Shown: positions 21,962 to 31,791 of the stretch, in pieces
Position numbering within the stretch: the stretch's first letter is position 1
How the letters are laid out: each line of letters begins with the position of its first letter
Assembly: GCF_000143415.4 (NCBI RefSeq)
Contig: NW_003314287.1
Coordinates: forward strand, 139,841-198,167
DNA length: 58,327 bases
Direction of reading: 5' to 3'
Origin: Selaginella moellendorffii
Lineage: Eukaryota; Plantae; Lycopodiophyta
Made by a program: the position numbers and the translations under genes
The notes under the pieces: generated by a model
The model's input: the letters and a program-made list of their open reading frames with translations, nothing else
What the model was told of the DNA's origin: nothing
The model's database searches: none

Positions 21962-23965
21962 ATGCAGCGCCAATTGGTTTGCTTGTTGGTGGTGGGAATT
22001 GCCGGGTTTATCGTCGCTAGCGTGGAGAATTTACAGGATGTTGGATTTGATGATCAGCTTTCACGCCTCGGCGAGCTTGAGCAGGGCAATGGATTGCGGA
22101 AATTGCTGCAAGAGAAGCCGAAAGCCAAGACAAAGTCGGGAGACGGGCTTTCAGGAAAAGCTAAAAGAAGCGGTGCTGGGGAGAAGAAATCCAAGGCAGA
22201 GAGCGGTGATGGAAATCACGTCGAAGAAAAGAAAGTCCCCGCGGTTAATGACGCGATTCAGGGTGGAAAGTTGGAGGGGTCTGAGCTAAAACCAGCTGCA
22301 AAGAAGCCAGGGAAAACGAAAAAGAAAATTCTGGAGGACGAGGACGATGAAGATATCCGGTTTATGGAAGAGGAGAAGCTCCAGAGCGTTGTGAAACAAG
22401 GTGGTAAGAAAGAACAAGGTGCTAAAGTGGATGGCGGCGAAGATGTGAAAGAAGATGGCCAAGGCGAAGTTTTCAAAGTGGAGGACGAAGAACGGACTGA
22501 CGCCAAGACGAAGGTGAAAAAGGGGAAGTCCAAGAAAGCTGGAGCGAAGAAGGAAAACGTAGACGTTGTTTTGGGCGACTCTGAGAATGTTGCCGGGGAC
22601 GAGAAAGTAAGTGTAGCAGTCGAAGACGACAACGTCGCTGAACAGAAGAGCGTCGAGGAAGAGAAGAAGCAGAAGAAAAGAAACAAGAAGGCACCTGAGG
22701 TAAAAGTGGAAGCTCTGGATGACACGGATGAATCTTCCGACAGTGCGGATGCGGATGAGAAGAAAGGAGTGGAAGTCGAAGTCATTCCTGACGAATTGGA
22801 CGACGTCAAGGTACTGGAGGAGGAAATCCCGAAGAAGGAAGTAAAGAAGGAAATCCCGAAGAAAACCGAGAAGAAGGATCAAGTCCTTGCTGAAACACAG
22901 GAGGAGGAGCAGAACAGCAAGCCTCCTACGAAGATCAGCAAGAAAGAAAAGGAGATGCCAAAGACCAAGCCAAAGACCGCCAAGGAAAAGCCAAAGCTAG
23001 ACAAGTCCAGTCCCACGAAGGCAAAGAAGAATAGCGGCGAGTCCACGAAGAAGAGCACAGAAGTGAAGAAGAAGGAGGAAGTGACGAAGGACGAGAAGCT
23101 GGAAGTGCCAAAGACAACAACGACGACGACGACGACGACGACGGTAGTAAACTTTCCAGAGGAAGACTTGCATACCGACGCTTTCGACTTCCAGGACGAG
23201 TTGCCGGACGAGGAGGACATCGACTTGCTCTCGCAAATCTCCGAACTCCCGACGAAGATCCAGCAGACTGCCGGCAACGTCGCGGACACTCTCCGCCCCA
23301 GCTTGTCCAAGCTCTCCGAGACGTCCAAGACGTACTTCTCCCAGGCCAACCAGCAGATGACCGAGAGCTTCACTCCGATCATGGGCCACCAAGCGGCACC
23401 GGTGGTGGCCTCCCTCATCTCCTACGCGTTCTTGCTCGCTCCTCTCATCGTGGTGATCTACATGCTCGAGCGCATCCGTGCCACTCTCTCGCTCGCCAAA
23501 GTTCTCTTCTTCGTCAACCTCTACCTGGGAGCCTACTTCCTCACGCTGGTGCTCGCGACTTTCGCCCTCCAGAGCGAGCCCATGGCCTTCTTCTTCCGGC
23601 ACTCGCGCTCCAGCTGCGTCTTCCTCCAGCTCCTCCAGGCGCTCGGCTACATGCTCTACCTCTTGCTCTACACCGTGGCGATCATGAAGTCCTTCTCCTA
23701 CGGCGGGGTCTTGGAGAGGATGACCGCGGTGTTCCAGTGGGTGATCGTGGCGCTGTTCGGCCTCCATTACTACGTGACCGTGTTCCATCGAGCCATGGCC
23801 ATGAAGGTCCCTCGGACGACGTGGAAGGTCTATCTGGTATACACGGCAGCGTTTTCGGTGCTGGCTCTCTTTGCCAGAGCTAAGATCGAGCCGATCAAGA
23901 AGGAGTACTACTACACGCCGGTAGACGATTCCGAGGAGGCTAGTCCCATTGACAAGAGGAGCTAA
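21962..23965 (+). CDS. Uncharacterised membrane protein: signal peptide, long K/E-rich low-complexity region, about 5 C-terminal TM helices
   Basis: 667-aa intronless ORF with strong codon bias and hydrophobic C-terminal segments. Confidence 0.8.
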   Translation: MQRQLVCLLVVGIAGFIVASVENLQDVGFDDQLSRLGELEQGNGLRKLLQEKPKAKTKSGDGLSGKAKRSGAGEKKSKAESGDGNHVEEKKVPAVNDAIQGGKLEGSELKPAAKKPGKTKKKILEDEDDEDIRFMEEEKLQSVVKQGGKKEQGAKVDGGEDVKEDGQGEVFKVEDEERTDAKTKVKKGKSKKAGAKKENVDVVLGDSENVAGDEKVSVAVEDDNVAEQKSVEEEKKQKKRNKKAPEVKVEALDDTDESSDSADADEKKGVEVEVIPDELDDVKVLEEEIPKKEVKKEIPKKTEKKDQVLAETQEEEQNSKPPTKISKKEKEMPKTKPKTAKEKPKLDKSSPTKAKKNSGESTKKSTEVKKKEEVTKDEKLEVPKTTTTTTTTTTVVNFPEEDLHTDAFDFQDELPDEEDIDLLSQISELPTKIQQTAGNVADTLRPSLSKLSETSKTYFSQANQQMTESFTPIMGHQAAPVVASLISYAFLLAPLIVVIYMLERIRATLSLAKVLFFVNLYLGAYFLTLVLATFALQSEPMAFFFRHSRSSCVFLQLLQALGYMLYLLLYTVAIMKSFSYGGVLERMTAVFQWVIVALFGLHYYVTVFHRAMAMKVPRTTWKVYLVYTAAFSVLALFARAKIEPIKKEYYYTPVDDSEEASPIDKRS

Positions 23966-24637
23966 GCAAGCGAAAGAGGTAAAAAACCATCTTTTCTCAA
24001 GACAATGGGTGGACTAAACTTTGTTATCTCTTGGTCTTTGCAGTTTTAGATGAATAAGAAGAGATAAGAGATGCGTAACGTAATGTTAATACACGAGAAT
24101 TTGAAGTGAAGCTCCTCCACTCCATCAGTGCTAAGTTTTGCGTGTTTGCATTTTCTAGCTGCCAGGCTATTTATCTATCAGATGGAACTTAACTTTGCTT
24201 TGACTCTAGCAGAGATCGTGCTTTGCGGATGAATCTAAATGGCTTTCCGGGATTTGCAGTGAGAGCTCTCTCGCAAGCGTGACTGTCCAGCTCCTTGAGA
24301 AAGGCGAGAGAGACTTAACGAGAGAAGCAAAGCTGGCCAAACCGAAAGGGACTGCTTAAAGTCTCACTGGCCGGTGGACGAGGAGCCACAAGTTCCTGCA
24401 AACTAGAGGACGGACACTAATAGCAAACTTCCAAACAAGCCATTCAATCGCAAAACAAAGACGTGAAAACGAAACGAAACAAAGAAGCAAACACTCTCAA
24501 AGTTTAGACAAAGAGAACAACGTTATCACACAAATCCGTGACTACTGTCAATCCATCCAAACTTCCAAAAGCCTGCTATGCATGGCTCGAGGAGTGATTG
24601 CTGCTCTGAAAGACGAATCCCCGGATGGATGAATCGA

Positions 24638-25579
24638 TCACTCTCTCCTCCCGCCAAGGTGGTGATGGTGGTGGTGGAGGTGGTGATGGAAATGCTCGTG
24701 CCTGTGATGGTAGAGCTCATCTCCATCGCCCTCCTCGTCCTGGAACTTGAGAAGATGACCATCGCCATCGTCCACTCGACCCTCCACCACCGGAGACGGA
24801 TTAAACGTGAGGAGCTGCGAGAACTTGGAGCTGATCGCGTTGTTGTTGTCGCTCTTGTCACTGCTGATGCTGCTGCTGCTGACGAGATTGCTGCTAGTGC
24901 TGCTCAGGCTGCTGCTGGCCGACTTGGATTTCTTGAAAGTCCGCTTGGTGGCGATGTCGTCCTCGGAGAGGCAGAGCACCGGGGCCGGGATGAATCGGCT
25001 CAGCCTCGCCGCCAGAGCTTCCCTGTACTTCCTTCCTCCGCCACCGCCGCTACCGCCGCTCTTGGAAGTCTGCGAGGAGCAGCTGAGCGAGACGAGGTTC
25101 CTGTTGGTGGTGATGGACGCGGCGGAGGCCTCCTTGAGCGCCTTGTCCAGCTCCTTGGCCACCGAGAGGAGCTCGAACGAGTCGAAGAGCGACTGGTTTG
25201 GATCCCACTTCTGGTGCGCCTTGACAATGGTGTCCCCCGCCGTGTAGCTGCCGTTCACTCGCAGAGCCTCGGCTTTGAAGCGGGACGTTCGCTGCACCAC
25301 CACCATGGCTCTGTTCCTCACGTCCTCCGGGCTGCCATTGCTGTAGTTGCCTCCACCGCGCTGGTACCATGCCCAGGCAGCTGCCTTGCTTCGCGGACTG
25401 ATCTTCTCGTCGTCGATGTTGGTGTTGTTGCCGCTGCTGCTGCTGCTGCTGTTTGAATTCTCGTCCTGTGATGCCTGCTTGAAAATGTGATCCGTTTCTT
25501 GCCTGGCTTTCGCTAGCGCGGCTCCAAAGTCCGTCACGGGCTTCTTCTTCGCGGAGGACTTCTTCTTCCTCAATCCCAT
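24638..25579 (-). CDS. Uncharacterised Ser-rich plant protein with poly-His tail
   Basis: 313-aa ORF with plant-type motifs KAAAWAWYQ, SRFKAEA and SLFDSFELLSV. Confidence 0.75.
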   Translation of the reverse strand: MGLRKKKSSAKKKPVTDFGAALAKARQETDHIFKQASQDENSNSSSSSSGNNTNIDDEKISPRSKAAAWAWYQRGGGNYSNGSPEDVRNRAMVVVQRTSRFKAEALRVNGSYTAGDTIVKAHQKWDPNQSLFDSFELLSVAKELDKALKEASAASITTNRNLVSLSCSSQTSKSGGSGGGGGRKYREALAARLSRFIPAPVLCLSEDDIATKRTFKKSKSASSSLSSTSSNLVSSSSISSDKSDNNNAISSKFSQLLTFNPSPVVEGRVDDGDGHLLKFQDEEGDGDELYHHRHEHFHHHLHHHHHHLGGRRE

Positions 25580-26607
25580 CGCGAGATGGATTCAATTCCC
25601 ACCTGTCAAGGCTTGCAACGAGATCTCTCAGTACACCGCGAAACCTCTTACCGTGGAGAGAGGAGAGAGGCGCAGATTTTCTAGCGTATAATATGTGGAG
25701 CAACTATCTCCGTAGCGGATGTGGCTGCTGATTAATCCAGAAAAGGAAAAACGGAAGAGTCACGAAAATTGGAAAGGAAAGACCCACCAAACCATGGACG
25801 CAGTCGGGTACCAGACATGGTCGCTTTGATTTTACGAGCGCGGCCCACTTTATTTGCATGGCTCCGTCCGAATCCGACAAAATTCTCGCGTTCCTTTGAA
25901 AGGCTAAGTTGCTCCAAACAACAAGCTCCTCGGCTCGCAACAAGATGACAAGCAGTTGCGTCCACGGAAGCCTGCGAGAGAGAGAGAGCATGCGTGAAAT
26001 CAGAGAAAAGCTGGCTTTTGCAGCGCTCGTAAAAAGAGAAAAATCTTTGAATCCTTCACATTTTTACCTGTCTGAATTGCCTCGCATCGCATGGTCCGCG
26101 TTGTCACGTGCCAGAGTGTTGTAAACATCGTCACCAGACAAATTTAAAAATCTCTGCAAATTTAATGCTCGGGCCGCTGCGTAGCAAGAAAAATTTAAGA
26201 GCACTGATGAATGAGGATGATAACCAAACTAAGTATGGTATGACAGTACTCGAACTTACAGCAGTAGTACCATGCGGAGCGCGTAAGATATTTTTCGTAC
26301 GTCGTTCGTTGGTTTCGATCGAGCGATCTCCAGCATTTGGAATCTGCAGCAGCATCACTGCCCTTCATTTAGTAGAAAGAAAAGAACAAAGGTAAAATTC
26401 TAAGGCTTCTGTGAGAACACATCACCTGTGTTTCACTTCACGAGCTTTCATCGAAGTCCAGGAAGATTCGAGTTTGGTGAAGCGATATTGAAGAAGGGCC
26501 AAAGTCTAGTCTCCTCTCCTGCAGCCACAACAACTTATGATTGGTTATAAAATACAAAGTCAGTATCTCACCACGTCTGCTCACCACGAGAAGCCGATGA
26601 TGATCAG

Positions 26608-29220
26608 CTAAGGACAGCGTGCCTCGTTAGCTTGAGCGCTCCAGCAAAGATTGGCCATCAGATTGTAAGCCGCGTCGATTTTCTCGTTGTTTCCAAGCTG
26701 AAGCACAGCATCAAACGCGACCCTCCCTATGGCCAAGTTCCTCCACTTCCAGCACGAAGTGAGAAGGGTCATCCAGATCACGGCGTCCACTCTGGTCGGA
26801 ATGGACTTCACCACCTCCAGTGCAGCGGTTAGCTTGTTGGCCCGTCCGAGCATGTCAACCACGCAAGTGTAATGCTCTACGTCTGGAGGAATACCAAATG
26901 TGTGTTCCATAGACTGGAAAAACTCTCGCCCCCTTTCAACCAGACCAGCGTGACTACAGCCCGTGAGCACGCAGTTCAAGGTGATGCCATCGGCTTTGAA
27001 GCTTTCGTCCTGCATTATCTGAAAGACCTTGAAGACCTGTTTAACATCGCCTTGCCGGCCAAAACCAACCAAAAGCGCGTTCCAAGCTCCCACCTGTAAG
27101 TCCTCAGTCGGTATAAGATCGAAGGCCTGCTGAGCTTCAATCATGCTCCCACATTTTCCGTAGACGTCCACCAGAGAGTTTAGGAGAATTTCCCCGTTCC
27201 TGTCCAGTCCGTGTTGCCTGACGATATCGCCGTGAACTGCTTTAGCTGCTTTCGCGTCAGCGAGAGCCGCACATGCTTTGAGTGCCGTGACGAATGTTGA
27301 CGCATCTGGTTGGCAGCCCGTATGCCCCATCACCGACGAATAAAAATGCAGAGCTAGCTCAGCTTCACCGTTGTCAACATACCCCAGCATCAAAACGTTC
27401 CATAAAACTGTGTCGGGCTTGCGAATCTTGTCGAAAACGCTGCGAGCATCGGCCAGACTGCCACAAGTCGCGTACATGTTCACAAGGCTGCTGGCTACGA
27501 AACTGTCGACGTCACAAAGGCTTGCCGATGCTTCGGCGTGTATCTGAAAGCCCCTGTTTAGAGCCTCGGACTTGACAAGCTTTCTGCGACCCTCGACTTT
27601 CTGGCCCGTTTCTTGTGTTGCCAGTCCTGTACAGGCCTTAACAGCAGCAACAATAGTGCGAGCATTCGGCTGGCCACCATGATCTTTCATCTGCTCAAAT
27701 AACTCCAGGCCCAGCTGTTCTTCCCCAGCCTCTACGTAACCGAGTATCAACGCAGTCCATGAAACAACACCACGATATAGCATTCTGTCGAACACACCAC
27801 GAGCATCCCACATGCTTCCACATTTTGCGTAAGCATCTACCAGAGTATTCTGGACGTAGATATCTGTGTCATACCCCCTGTTCCTCGCGCGAGAGTGTAT
27901 GGCCATCACCTTTTCTAAACTTGAGATCTTCACAACCTGTCCTCCAACCGGGCTTCCTGTTTCCTTTCCTGTTAGACCAGCACACGCCTTGAGAGCAGCT
28001 ACGTAAGTTCTCGAGTCCGGAGCAAAGCCTTCGGTTTCCATACGTGAGAAGAGCTCCAAAGCCAGATGGCCTTCACCGTTTTCCGCATAGCCAAGTAGCA
28101 GCGCGTTCCATGACACTGCTGTTTTTCTCTGCATCCTGTCAAAGACCCTGCTTGCATCCACAAGGCTGCCACACTTCGCGTACATGTCAATCAAAGTGCT
28201 TCCCAGCAAAAGATCCGAGTCCAAACCTGCTTTTGTAGCTTGCCAGTGAAGAGCTCTTCCTTTCTCCAAGTTCTTGAGCTTGAGAAGCTTCCCTTCGTCG
28301 TTGGCTGCCACACTGCTACAGGCCTTCAACGCAGCAGTGTAAGTTAGAGCATTCGGAGCACAGCCTCTCCGCTGCATTTCGGAGAACACCAGCAAAGCCA
28401 GGCTCCCTTCACCGCTTTGTACGTAGCCGAGGATCAACGAGTTCCACGAAACAACGCTGTGGCAAGGCATCAAGTCGAACACCCTGTGAGCATCCTCCAG
28501 GCTCCCACACTTCGCATACATGTCAACCAAAGAAGTCGAGATAAACACGTCTCCACAGCGCAAAACTCTAGAATGCACAGACATACCTCTCTTGAGCGAC
28601 GTGGTCTTCTTCACCACCGAAGAAAAACTCTCGCCATCTTCCTTCTCGGCCAAGCAAGAACACGCCTTGATCGCGGCAACGAGAGTCCAGGCATCCGGCT
28701 CACAGTCCATGCACGACGAGAAGATCTCCAAGCCCAGCTCTGGATCACCATTCTCGACGTAGCCCATCAACAGGACGTTCCAAGAGACCACCGTGAGAGC
28801 TCCGATGGCGTCGAAAACACTCCTGGCATCCACCATGCTCCAGCACTTCGCGTACATATCCACCAGTGTGTTCTCCACGTAGATACCAGCCAAGAATCCT
28901 CTTCTCAGTGCCTCGGCGTGGAGAGCCTTCCCCTTTCTAAGATCCCTGGCGCTACTGCAAGCCCGGAGCTCGCAAATAAATCTCGACCTGGAGCTATTGC
29001 CACTGGAAATCCTCGCAATCGATGCTTCTTCTTCACTATTGCTCCAAATCTTTACGATTTCTTTATTCACAGATGCTTCTTCTTCCCGATTCTTCAATGG
29101 CGCCGCGATCGCGATCGATTCCTGGCTAGTTCCCGATCCTTTTGCCGCGATGGAGGAGCTGAGCGATCGAAATCCAGCGCTGGAGTGCCGCTTGGACCTA
29201 CATTTGCTCCAGGGAACCAT
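26608..29220 (-). CDS. PLS-class pentatricopeptide repeat protein ending in an E-type domain (no DYW)
   Basis: Repeated xLVDMYAKCGS..A..VFD.M / VVSWN motifs; HYTCVVDMLGRA; IWMTLLTSC. Confidence 0.93.
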   Translation of the reverse strand: MVPWSKCRSKRHSSAGFRSLSSSIAAKGSGTSQESIAIAAPLKNREEEASVNKEIVKIWSNSEEEASIARISSGNSSRSRFICELRACSSARDLRKGKALHAEALRRGFLAGIYVENTLVDMYAKCWSMVDARSVFDAIGALTVVSWNVLLMGYVENGDPELGLEIFSSCMDCEPDAWTLVAAIKACSCLAEKEDGESFSSVVKKTTSLKRGMSVHSRVLRCGDVFISTSLVDMYAKCGSLEDAHRVFDLMPCHSVVSWNSLILGYVQSGEGSLALLVFSEMQRRGCAPNALTYTAALKACSSVAANDEGKLLKLKNLEKGRALHWQATKAGLDSDLLLGSTLIDMYAKCGSLVDASRVFDRMQRKTAVSWNALLLGYAENGEGHLALELFSRMETEGFAPDSRTYVAALKACAGLTGKETGSPVGGQVVKISSLEKVMAIHSRARNRGYDTDIYVQNTLVDAYAKCGSMWDARGVFDRMLYRGVVSWTALILGYVEAGEEQLGLELFEQMKDHGGQPNARTIVAAVKACTGLATQETGQKVEGRRKLVKSEALNRGFQIHAEASASLCDVDSFVASSLVNMYATCGSLADARSVFDKIRKPDTVLWNVLMLGYVDNGEAELALHFYSSVMGHTGCQPDASTFVTALKACAALADAKAAKAVHGDIVRQHGLDRNGEILLNSLVDVYGKCGSMIEAQQAFDLIPTEDLQVGAWNALLVGFGRQGDVKQVFKVFQIMQDESFKADGITLNCVLTGCSHAGLVERGREFFQSMEHTFGIPPDVEHYTCVVDMLGRANKLTAALEVVKSIPTRVDAVIWMTLLTSCWKWRNLAIGRVAFDAVLQLGNNEKIDAAYNLMANLCWSAQANEARCP

Positions 29221-29356
29221 AAACCCTGGAGAATCCTTCTTGATTCCTGGATCCTTTCCTTCACTGCTTACCGATCTTTCTGCCTCGATCTATGCGCGAC
29301 AGAGCGTCGATGGAAGGCCCAAGAGTGAGGAAATATTTTAGGGTTTATGCGAAGAG

Positions 29357-31257
29357 ATGGCTGCATTGTCTAGCCCAGCGGCTTTTCGCGGGAGGCGGCT
29401 GGAATCCTCGTCCACAGCGCAGGCGCACAGCTCCAAGAAGGACCAGGTACGCGTTCCTCGCAAGCGCGGCTGCTCGAATGGAATCGCCGCAAAGAAAGAC
29501 GGCAGCGAGAGATTTCCCTCGCGATCGGGCAAGCGCCCCAAGTGGGAGCTGTTCGGAGGCGCTGCAGCTGTTCTTGGCGGTAGCAGCATTGCGGCTTTCG
29601 GATTATCCAAGCTGGGATTCGGCTCTGGTTCCTCGGATTTTGGAAATCCCGAGATAGGAAGCGGAGGAAGTGGAGGAGCAAGGAATAGCGGTCGTGGCGG
29701 TGGTCGTGGCGGTGGCGGCGGTGGCAGTAGAGGGAACGAAGGCACTCTTCACAGGCCTGTGCTTGGCGAAAACAAAGAAGAAGATAGCAAAGAAGAACGA
29801 GGAAAGGGTCTCGTGGAAGAGGTTGCATCTTCGGTGATCGAGCAATTGTCTCGCAGCGACAATCTTGCGAAAGCTTCCGAGGTATGATCTTTCTTCCTTT
29901 TGTTCCTGGAACTCATCTTTTTTCTTTCTTTCCAGACTGGAGCACTCAAGAGACTCCAAAAGGAAGCATTCACGGATATCATGAAGCTGCGTGAAAAGCT
30001 TGAGAAGCTCGAGCTCGGCCTGTCTACGAGGGATTTTTCGAGTGGTCTTGAAAGAACAACGATCAAAGGCAGGGTGGCTGCGGGAGGAGCTTTCGTGCTC
30101 ATGCAGGATTCAAGTAGCTACAACTCACGCTCGGCTTTGGAACAGTCTGGGCTCCCAGCCGGGCTCGAGGCAGAGTTTACCTTCCAGACGCCTTTTCGGG
30201 ACGACAATGATCTACTGACGACGAAATGTGTGTCCGGGGATGGTGGCTTTGGTACTAATGGCCTTGGAGGACCAATTCGACTTGCGAAGATTTCTTACGC
30301 AACAAAAGTTACGGATGAGACGAAGTTTTCTTTAGTTCCTCTGGGTGCTCAAGCTACGGACATGACAGAAGTTGTGAATCCTCTCCAGGTAAAGCACAGA
30401 CTTTCTTTGAGGCTAACATTTTATGGTTTTTGGTGTTCCAGGGCGAGGCAGTGACAAAGTTTACGAGCTCTGGTCCTTCTCTCTTCAGCCACTGCAAAGG
30501 CTCCGCAATCGGTGCAACTTACAGGAGCTCAAACACGCTCGCCTCTCTGTCAGAGTACATCTCCGGCTGGGGCGATTCGAACGGACTTCTCTGCCTGAGT
30601 ACGCTCGCGCAGTTTATCCATCAGCCGACCGAGCAGCTAGCGCTCTCTCTCTCCGCGCTCAACCGCTTCTGGCCGAGTCCACCACTGCCGTCGGCAACTG
30701 GTTTACACTGGAGCGAGATGAAGCCTTTCGTCCTCTCAAAGTCCCTGCGCTCGTCGGGTGTAGATACAATGAGAACGTCAGGCTCAAGCTCCGTTTCTCA
30801 AGCGCTCAGCAACGGAGATAGGTGGAGTTTAGAGGCTCCGGCATACGAACCGAAAGGCACTGCGATGCAAGCGTTTGCTGTGTCGGGAGAGATGGACCTT
30901 GGCGGAGGTGCTTGTCTCGGGGGCTGGCTACAGATGGAAAGAGGCGACTGGTTACAGGATGACGATCAGAAAAAGCTGGTGTGGTCTCTAAGTCTGGCAC
31001 AGGAGGCGTCAGTGGACAGTGTGGGCTGGGGAGTCAGTCTCGGACGATCGAGACGAGATTTCTGGAGCTCCCTCAAGGACGAGGAGTCGGATGTCACAGG
31101 AAGGCAGGCCGAGGTGTCGTCTACGCAGTTCCAAGTGGAAGCGTTTCTGAAGTATGACTTTGGACAAGGATTTACGCTCCAGCCCGGGTTGTTGTATGTC
31201 CTCAACAAGCAATGCCAGACACCGGCTTTGATGGTCAAGGGTGAGTGGAAGCTGTGA
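29357..31257 (+). CDS. Plastid-targeted beta-barrel protein resembling cyanobacterial OprB-type porins (3 exons)
   Basis: Transit-peptide-like N-terminus, Gly-rich linker, coiled coil, alternating beta-strand pattern, C-terminus QVEAFLKY..GFTLQPGLLYV...KGEWKL; GT-AG introns at about 29882 and 30389. Confidence 0.65.
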
Positions 31258-31791
31258 CGAAGAACAAGGTTATTTTCTTTCTTTCTTTCTTTCTTTCGTT
31301 TTTTTCCTTTTGAGCGTCCCGGTCAAGGCCATCGTCGGAAAGACGAACAAGAGTTTACTTTTGCAAGCTCCACGAGGTACGTAGGAGCTTGAAGTTTTGT
31401 TTCTTTGGCATTTGACCTTTATATCTCTGGTGTCTCTGCAGTAAGTAATCAAGAGATCTCTTCCTATAGCTTGTGCGTAGTGAACTCTTGGCCGCGCTGC
31501 CTGAGGAGAAGTTTTTGAGACATGAATCGCAAGGTTTTGTCACTTTTTCTTCTTTTTTTTTGGTTCTAAATTCTGAGATTTCTAGATTCAGGTCTTGGAA
31601 TGATGCTGTGTGGCCAAGCTCAGGTGCGAAGAAAGAAAAGAATTACTTATTTCGAGTTTGTCAATTGCCAACTTCTTTCTTTTTTTTCTTTCAGGCGCGT
31701 TTTTTGCTTCAAATTTTTGGAAAGACTCTCTTTTATAGAATAAAAAGAGCCAACTTTTGGAGATGGACTCTGGTTTTTAGGGCTCCTCGCG

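Noticed and set aside
23115-23143. (ACG)n microsatellite
   Set aside because: Ordinary coding poly-Thr tract
22258-29328. Long antisense ORFs over the 22-kb, 25-kb and PPR genes
   Set aside because: Shadow frames caused by GC3 bias and low-complexity coding
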